Part shown: one piece after another, positions 59,301-64,000 of the stretch
Layout: each line of letters begins with the position of its first letter
Numbering within the stretch: the first letter of the stretch is position 1
Source: Bacteroidota bacterium
GTDB taxonomy: Bacteria; Bacteroidota; Bacteroidia; Chitinophagales; Saprospiraceae
NCBI GenBank assembly: GCA_038523965.1
Contig: JBCBIX010000001.1
Span: forward strand, 2,896 to 66,895
Reading direction: 5' to 3'
DNA: 64,000 bases
Made by a program: the position numbers and the translations under genes
Notes under the pieces: model-generated
Databases searched by the model: none
Seen by the model: only the letters and a program-made list of their open reading frames with translations
Told to the model about the DNA's origin: nothing

Positions 59301-60971
59301 TAGGCTATCCTGAGTCACGATCATCCCTCCATCAGCTGTACATGAATCCATCATCGACGTCATACAGTCTGGACCATTGTCGATTCGAGTTACCCGAATT
59401 GGATTGGATAGGTCAAAACATCCGCTTAGTCCAGATGCCAGGCTATCTATGCCCGCTCCCATCAGATCATCCTCAAAACTCAAGTGCCAGATCAAACACA
59501 CTCCAGGACCGCGACTATCGAAGTCAAACACATTCACCGTGTCGATGCTCATGATCATGCCATTCGTATCCGTCAGCACCCACGCACTGTTTGTGCCCAT
59601 CGCTCCAGTTAACTCTACTTCGACGAGCTCTACGGCATCATCTACTACACAAATCTCGATCTCCGTCAGGCTATCCTGAGTCACGATCATCCCCCCATCA
59701 GCTGTACATGAATCCATCACGAACGGCATACAGTCTGGTCCATCGTCGATTCGAGTTACTCGAATTGGATTGGATAGGTCAAAACATCCGCTTAGTCCAG
59801 TTGCCAGGCTATCTATGCCCGCTCCCATCAGATCATCCTCAAAACTCAAGTGCCAGATCAAACACACTCCTGGACCACGACTGTCAAAGTCAAATACATT
59901 CACCGTGTCGATGCTCATGATCATGCCATTTGTATCCGTCAGCACCCAGGCACTGTTGGTGCCCATCGCTCCTGTTAACTCTACTTCGACGAGCTCGACC
60001 GCATCATCTACAACACATATCTCGATCTCCGTCAGGCTATCCTGAGTCACGATCATCCCCCCATCAGCTATACATGAATCCATCATCGAAGTCATACAAG
60101 ACTCACCAATAAGGCGCTCGACTACTATTGCATTTGACAGTTGGAAGCATCCTGACAAGCTATCGATATGGCCACCGATTGTAGCGCCATCCAACATATC
60201 TCTAAATGCCATGTATCTCACTTCACACGCTCCACCACCTCGACCTTCGAAATCAAAGGTGGGGCCTAAGGGAAGATCAATAATGACTCCGGTGGAATCC
60301 GTAACGATCCATGCTTCTTGAGCAGAAGAGGTCTGCGAGACTTGCACAGTAAATACATCAGATTCACCGTCGTCCGCGCAAAAACTTAGCGCTGTCTGGC
60401 CATCCGAGGTAATCGTGCCGACTGAAACATCACATGAATCAGACATCATATTCATCATACTGCCAGCCGTACAAATGGATGCCGCTCCGGCGCTATAGTC
60501 AGAAGATGCGTCTCCATCACCATCGTATATCAAACTTTGATCAACACCTAATGCTGTGGCTCTATCACCATCAGTCCAGATACCCGCATCTACTGCCACG
60601 GATTCCCGCGTTGAGCCTCCATGATCGCCCCAAATCACATAGTCGACGATGGTAGAAGTATCATTAAAGTCGCGCATGTTAAATAGACCCAACTCACCTG
60701 CTGAATCGATGGTGATAGTGGCCAACTCAACAACTACTGTGTCCCCTGGTCCCATACCAAATGCCCCACAACCTACTTGGAGACCGCCTACGCGCTCATA
60801 AGTCGGTCGATCACAAAACCACCAATCAGTTACATCTACTGAGTCAGTTGAGGCATTGACCAATTCTACCGATCCAGACGAGCTGATCTCGCTAACCACT
60901 ATTTGAGCGCCAAGGGGATAGAGCGCTGTTAGAAGCAGAAAATGAAGAAAAAGGAGTGATTTTTTAGTCAT
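56361..60971 (-). CDS. giant T9SS cargo protein: signal peptide, lamin-tail-like domain, about 10 unclassified 120-aa Cys-containing modules, FN3-like domain, T9SS CTD
   Basis: 1536 aa. The N-terminus QIVVSEISSSGSVELVNASTDSVDVTDWWF ... ELGLFN ... DYVIWGD looks like a lamin tail domain (LTD). Nine modules end in GCF(A/D/Q)LSN, plus one degenerate copy. The FN3-like segment is PPRDVRIRETSNNRFQIKWDRV. The CTD is LYPNPAANQINLWF ... GIYFVRVTSEGVSISEERFMKAF. Confidence 0.85.
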   Translation of the reverse strand: MTKKSLLFLHFLLLTALYPLGAQIVVSEISSSGSVELVNASTDSVDVTDWWFCDRPTYERVGGLQVGCGAFGMGPGDTVVVELATITIDSAGELGLFNMRDFNDTSTIVDYVIWGDHGGSTRESVAVDAGIWTDGDRATALGVDQSLIYDGDGDASSDYSAGAASICTAGSMMNMMSDSCDVSVGTITSDGQTALSFCADDGESDVFTVQVSQTSSAQEAWIVTDSTGVIIDLPLGPTFDFEGRGGGACEVRYMAFRDMLDGATIGGHIDSLSGCFQLSNAIVVERLIGESCMTSMMDSCIADGGMIVTQDSLTEIEICVVDDAVELVEVELTGAMGTNSAWVLTDTNGMIMSIDTVNVFDFDSRGPGVCLIWHLSFEDDLMGAGIDSLATGLSGCFDLSNPIRVTRIDDGPDCMPFVMDSCTADGGMIVTQDSLTEIEICVVDDAVELVEVELTGAMGTNSAWVLTDTNGMIMSIDTVNVFDFDSRGPGVCLIWHLSFEDDLMGAGIDSLASGLSGCFDLSNPIRVTRIDNGPDCMTSMMDSCTADGGMIVTQDSLTEIEICVVDDAVELVEVELTGAMGTNSAWVLTDTNGMIMSIDTVNVFDFDSRGPGVCLIWHLSFEDDLMGAGIDSLASGLSGCFDLSNPIRVTRIDDGPDCMAPPTCPATAGVLSLVGGGDMVEICAGDGNNDPVDVVVEGASASNMAWVITDEDGNILAFPFAPPFDFENAGGGLVFIYHLAFESGISGVSLGGNIDSIGGCFALSNAITVNRTSISGGELSLAGGGDLLTICDNGDTFRPFDVVIENAVGTNAGWLLTDGNGDILALPLAPPFDLEGTGSGTNLLWHISFEEGLTGDSIGANASDIDGCFALSNPITIIRNGVDGGSLAYTGGGEELTICVGDSIPDVVSVDLTGADGPNSAFVLTDTAGVILEIRDTSVFDFEDTDPGVCLIWHLSFADDLMGAAVDSNANDLTGCFDLSNPLRLIRVSGDDCPPPCEIQGGSIATVDSLTSLTICADDGNADTFIIVVSEGSGAVNRILVTDEDGEILALPDSNIVNLEGAGSGICNIYSITSVDSSTTLMIGGNIDQLAGCFALSNAIQVERQTGDDCPPPCEIVAGNYPTDEVLTICADDGRPDSLTFIVEGATGENNVVVITDGDANILRILTEDSFDLEGIGSNTALVWGLTFDGELSGAEIGANANDLIGCFALSNPLQVNLLTEDECGCGADAGSISTTDGENEIEFCSGDASFMVEADSDADSSLFYFYVVTDDEDIIIEWRLRSEGGLYEWDAIPPGVRHIYGWSTDGSVLIQAGNPISSLIGECGDITPDFINVTLIGGGICDEGCHPPRDVRIRETSNNRFQIKWDRVFEAESYVLEVGFEDEPRSFVEVPVRRNRVFISGPSNRVIVFRIKALCADGEMSEFTEDFRIDVDKAKRFSKSTSDQGIVVTEEELSAYRPLYPNPAANQINLWFDNGGINGQAEVFGSDGRRMMSVRLSGERVDHAVDISSLESGIYFVRVTSEGVSISEERFMKAF
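58995..60092 (-). repeat. three in-frame tandem copies of a 366-bp (122-codon) unit inside the giant gene
   Basis: The landmark CATACAGTCTGG recurs at 58995, 59361 and 59727. The array ends at a truncated CATACAAG at 60093, giving an exact 366-bp period. By eye, copies 1 and 2 differ at roughly 20-25 positions. Confidence 0.9.
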
Positions 60972-61307
60972 AGCACATTAAAGGTTTGTTGATGAAATAT
61001 GTAATACTCATTTGCTTAATCATACATGCACAAGTGATGGACATACCTCTCGAGGTACGCCAAAATCGGGCGCAAATCATGTTCATGGAAAGGATGGAGA
61101 GAGATAAAAACACGGCTAAAGTCGTCCTCTCTCTATTACAAGTATCGAGGTAAGATAGAGCAAATTAGTTAGGGATTACCCCAGAGGGACTTATTACATA
61201 TCGAAAAAAATATAATACGTTTTCTTCCTATGTGTTTTCTCTTACACCTCTGATAATGTGCACGTTACAAGGTCTTTTGTAAGATATCCGACACCGCTAT
61301 CGCCACC

Positions 61308-61476
61308 CCCTAATGTCAGAAATACATTAGGGAATTTGGATATATGTTATTCACAAGCGTTCTTTGAACGACGTTTTCATCATTAGATCCACTTTGGTCA
61401 ATCGTTTCCAAACCTGAGAAAGGTAGAATTGACCAAAAACATCGGAGCGCTTCATTTCTTGGAGCGCTCTTTTTTT
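61308..61476 (+). promoter_or_regulatory. structured non-coding element ending in an intrinsic terminator, upstream of the creatininase-family/kynureninase pair
   Basis: Hairpin 1: CCCTAATGT (61308-61316) / ACATTAGGG (61324-61332), 9 bp. Hairpin 2: TTTGGTCAAT (61393-61402) / ATTGACCAAA (61428-61437), 10 bp. Hairpin 3: GAGCGCT (61445-61451) / AGCGCTC (61463-61469), then 7 T (61470-61476). The next ATG is at 61527. No ORF longer than about 10 codons lies on the + strand from 61154 to 61476. Confidence 0.4.
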
Positions 61477-61526
61477 GTCAACGACACAGGGAGAATAGCG
61501 TTCTTGAATAGCCATTAAGAACCAAG

Positions 61527-62294
61527 ATGAAGCCACCACGTCCGTACATGTTAGCAGAGTCTTCATGGCTTCTTATTAAGGATGCAAAAATTGACCTCAT
61601 CATCCTGCCATGGGGTGCATGCGAAGCGCATAACTACCACCTTCCGTATGACACAGACAACTATCAGGTAGACTATGTGGCGGCCGAAAGTGCCCGTATC
61701 GCCCATCAAGCAGAAGCTAAGATTATGGTATTACCCAAGATTCCATTTGGTGTAAATACTGGCCAAATGGACATCACCCTCGACATGAACATCTATCCAA
61801 GCACGCAACAGATCTTGCTAAGGGATATTATTGAGACAGTCGAACGAGCAGGCATAAACAAGCTTTTAGTCCTCAATGGGCATGGAGGAAATAGCTTTAA
61901 GACGATGTTGCGTGAATTAGGTGCTCAGTTTCCCTCGATGCTGCTTACAACCTGCGATTGGTTCAGTGTGGTTGATCATTCGCAGTACTTCAACGAGGCT
62001 GGAGATCACGCTGGAGAATTAGAAACCTCAGTGATGATGCACATCCATCCAGACTTGGTAGACCTATCAAAAGCGGGAGACGGGAAAGAGTACAAGTCCA
62101 AAGTCAAAGCCATTCGCGATGGTTGGGCATGGGCAGAGAGAAGATGGTCACAAGTAAGTTCAGATACTGGTGCTGGCAATCCCACGGCATCGAGCGCCTC
62201 TAAAGGCGAGCAATATCTTCATGCTGTGACTCATCAGCTCGCCATATTTTACAAAGAGCTATGTGATATAGACCCAACAGATATGTATGAATAG
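61527..62294 (+). CDS. creatininase-family metal-dependent amidohydrolase
   Basis: ILPWGACEAHNYHLPYDTDN, LNGHGGN and HAGELETS are the metal-ligand motifs typical of the creatinine amidohydrolase family. Confidence 0.8.
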   Translation: MKPPRPYMLAESSWLLIKDAKIDLIILPWGACEAHNYHLPYDTDNYQVDYVAAESARIAHQAEAKIMVLPKIPFGVNTGQMDITLDMNIYPSTQQILLRDIIETVERAGINKLLVLNGHGGNSFKTMLRELGAQFPSMLLTTCDWFSVVDHSQYFNEAGDHAGELETSVMMHIHPDLVDLSKAGDGKEYKSKVKAIRDGWAWAERRWSQVSSDTGAGNPTASSASKGEQYLHAVTHQLAIFYKELCDIDPTDMYE

Positions 62295-63558
62295 AGAATC
62301 ATCTGGATTAGCCCAAGCTAAGGAATTGGACCGTCAGGATCCACTTGGTAAATACAGGCCCCAGTTTCACATTCCTACTGATGGCAATGGCAATGACATC
62401 ATCTACTTCTGCGGGAATTCCTTGGGGCTCCAACCCACAGCTACCTCTACAGAGATCAGCCAAGTGCTCCAAGAGTGGAGCCAAAAGGGAGTAGAGGGAC
62501 ATTTTCAAGGAAACCCATCATGGATCGAATACAATGACAAGCTGAAACCATCTTTAGCGGCTATCGTAGGCGCCCAACCCGAGGAGGTTACGATCATGAA
62601 CACGCTCTCGGTTAACCTTCATTTGTTGCTGGTAAGCTTTTACAAACCAAAGGGCAACCGGACTAAGATTCTTCTTGAAGCTGATGCTTTTCCATCGGAC
62701 AAATATGTCGTCGCCTCACATCTCAAGTGGCACGGGTTAGATCCTAAAGAACATATGGTCTATGTGAGTAGTGCTGACGAGAAACCAATTCTACAAGAAG
62801 CAGATATTGAGAGAACCTTCAATCAACATCCAAATCAGATTGCTACGGCCATGATCGGTGGCATCAATTATTACACCGGGCAGTTTCTACCCATCCGAGA
62901 GATAACTGACATATGTCATAGGCACGGAGCAGTCGCGGGATTCGATTTGGCTCATGCGATTGGCAATGTACCGCTCCATTTACATGATTGGGGAGTGGAC
63001 TTTGCGGCGTGGTGCCATTACAAGTATATGAATGCAGGACCTGGCGCTATCGCTGGGGCATTCATTCACGAGAAACACCATCATCTCCGTGAGCCACGCT
63101 TGGAAGGATGGTGGGGAAATCGTCTAAGTACCAGATTTGTCATGCGTGACGAATTCGAACCAGAACAAGGTGCAGAAGCCTGGGTGATGAGTACCCCTCC
63201 TACATTAGCAATCGCGCCACTTCGTGCATCGTTGCGCATTTTCGACGAAGTATCTATGACAAAAGTGCGTGGCAAGTCGATCGCGCTAACAGGATATCTG
63301 GAAGCTGAACTTCTCCGTCAAATAGGAGAGTACATCGAAATCATCACTCCGTCATCTGCTGATGATCGTGGGTGCCAACTGTCTATCCGTGTTCGAGATA
63401 GTGACCGAAACTTATTAAATAAGATACGTGCGCGAGGCATAGAAATCGACTGGAGAGAACCAGATGTTCTTCGTGTGTCACCTTGCCCTTTGTACAACAG
63501 TTACTCCGAGGTGTTTAGATTCGTTGAGATACTTACCGATCTACTCGATAAGACATAA
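62287..63558 (+). CDS. kynU: kynureninase
   Basis: FHIPTDGNGNDIIYFCGNSLGLQP, WCHYKYMNAGPG (PLP lysine region), GWWG. The start overlaps the upstream gene by 8 nt. Confidence 0.9.
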   Translation: MNRESSGLAQAKELDRQDPLGKYRPQFHIPTDGNGNDIIYFCGNSLGLQPTATSTEISQVLQEWSQKGVEGHFQGNPSWIEYNDKLKPSLAAIVGAQPEEVTIMNTLSVNLHLLLVSFYKPKGNRTKILLEADAFPSDKYVVASHLKWHGLDPKEHMVYVSSADEKPILQEADIERTFNQHPNQIATAMIGGINYYTGQFLPIREITDICHRHGAVAGFDLAHAIGNVPLHLHDWGVDFAAWCHYKYMNAGPGAIAGAFIHEKHHHLREPRLEGWWGNRLSTRFVMRDEFEPEQGAEAWVMSTPPTLAIAPLRASLRIFDEVSMTKVRGKSIALTGYLEAELLRQIGEYIEIITPSSADDRGCQLSIRVRDSDRNLLNKIRARGIEIDWREPDVLRVSPCPLYNSYSEVFRFVEILTDLLDKT

Positions 63559-63613
63559 AAAAGGCCCGGAGAAATCCTACGGGCCAAATCAAATTCTCTT
63601 TTGTCGATGCTAC

Positions 63614-64000
63614 TTAGACGTGAAGCTGGATTCCCTTTTCTTCCACCATCTTTCTAATGTTAATCAAAGCATATCTCATACGACCCAATGCAGTATTAAT
63701 ACTGACGCGAGTAAGCCCTGCGATTTCCTTAAAGCTCATATCTGCATAGTGACGCAGGATCACAACCTCTCTCTGCTCTGGCGGAAGTAGATCAACCAAT
63801 TCGCGAATACGCTTGTAGGTTTGTTTCTTGATCAACATGTCTTCCATGTTGTCATCCTGTACTTCTAAGACATCGAATATGTCGAAAGTCTCAGAGGGAG
63901 ACACCTTTGTTCGACGTTTGGATCGTCGGAAATAGTCTACGCATAGGTTATATGAGATCCGCATCGCCCACTGAAGAAACTTGCCTTCGTGGTTATACTT
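63614..64000 (-). CDS. ECF-type sigma-70 family sigma factor, 5' end outside window
   Basis: Region 2.x W-A-M-R-I-S-Y-N-L-C-V-D-Y-F-R-R and region 4 LPPEQREVVILRHYADMSFKEIAGLTRVSINTALGRMRYAL. The frame stays open to nt 64000 (KYNHEGKFLQWA upstream of the listed Met). Confidence 0.85.
   Translation of the reverse strand, partial: KYNHEGKFLQWAMRISYNLCVDYFRRSKRRTKVSPSETFDIFDVLEVQDDNMEDMLIKKQTYKRIRELVDLLPPEQREVVILRHYADMSFKEIAGLTRVSINTALGRMRYALINIRKMVEEKGIQLHV

Noticed and set aside
58995-60092. Regularly spaced near-identical repeats that could superficially suggest a CRISPR-like or satellite array.
   Set aside because: The repeat unit is 366 bp with no unique spacers. It is exactly in frame (122 codons) inside a long ORF and encodes a folded protein module. 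No cas genes are present.
57217-60112. A dense series of + strand ORFs (for example 58066-58761 at 231 aa, 58765-59313, 59225-59554, 59377-59679, 59591-59920, 59770-60045), some themselves repetitive.
   Set aside because: They are antisense to the giant minus-strand gene. Their periodic recurrence simply mirrors the 366-bp coding repeats. Their translations are low-complexity (S/P/R-rich) with no recognisable motifs. The minus-strand frame is uninterrupted for 1536 codons and has clear domain structure.
61351-61566. 71-aa minus-strand ORF spanning the terminator hairpin and the start of the creatininase-family gene.
   Set aside because: It overlaps a well-supported gene start and runs through strong hairpin and terminator structures. 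It shows no recognisable protein features.

Overview
This 64-kb chromosomal segment reads as Bacteroidota. The evidence is a SusC/SusD pair, gldC, three proteins ending in type IX secretion (T9SS) C-terminal sorting domains, and TTTC-N19-TAnnTTTG promoter boxes. I count about 58 protein genes and 2 tRNAs (His-GTG, Ser-GGA). I see no rRNA, CRISPR array, transposase, integrase or IS element. All product calls come from motif recognition by eye, with no database search.

Most of the window is housekeeping:
- an aromatic amino acid operon (pheA, aminotransferase, tyrA, DAHP synthase/chorismate mutase)
- thiolase, sucA, rpsT, hemA, icd, fumC, SOD, rplU-rpmA
- modABC, an ExbB/ExbD cluster, rnhA, tatD, pdxJ, cdsA, kynureninase

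Accessory-looking content:
- a partial CHAT protein
- two ECF sigma factors
- a TPR histidine kinase and LuxR response regulator next to a LuxR-solo plus tail-fibre-like (S74) gene pair
- a SusC/SusD locus with a T9SS metalloprotease
- a SARP/BTAD regulator paired with an unknown protein
- a patatin/Omp85 protein
- a 1536-aa T9SS cargo protein made of about 10 copies of a module I cannot assign to a family

Best leads:
1. A Phe/Tyr-rich leader peptide (FFYYFFF) with terminator and antiterminator in front of the aromatic operon.
2. The giant repeat protein, including three tandem 366-bp copies that differ mainly at synonymous sites.
3. A 555-bp ORF-poor region with three strong hairpins and an orphan terminator in front of a translationally coupled creatininase-family/kynureninase pair.
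4. The unknown-protein plus SARP operon.

I did not find a convincing multi-gene defence or mobile system.
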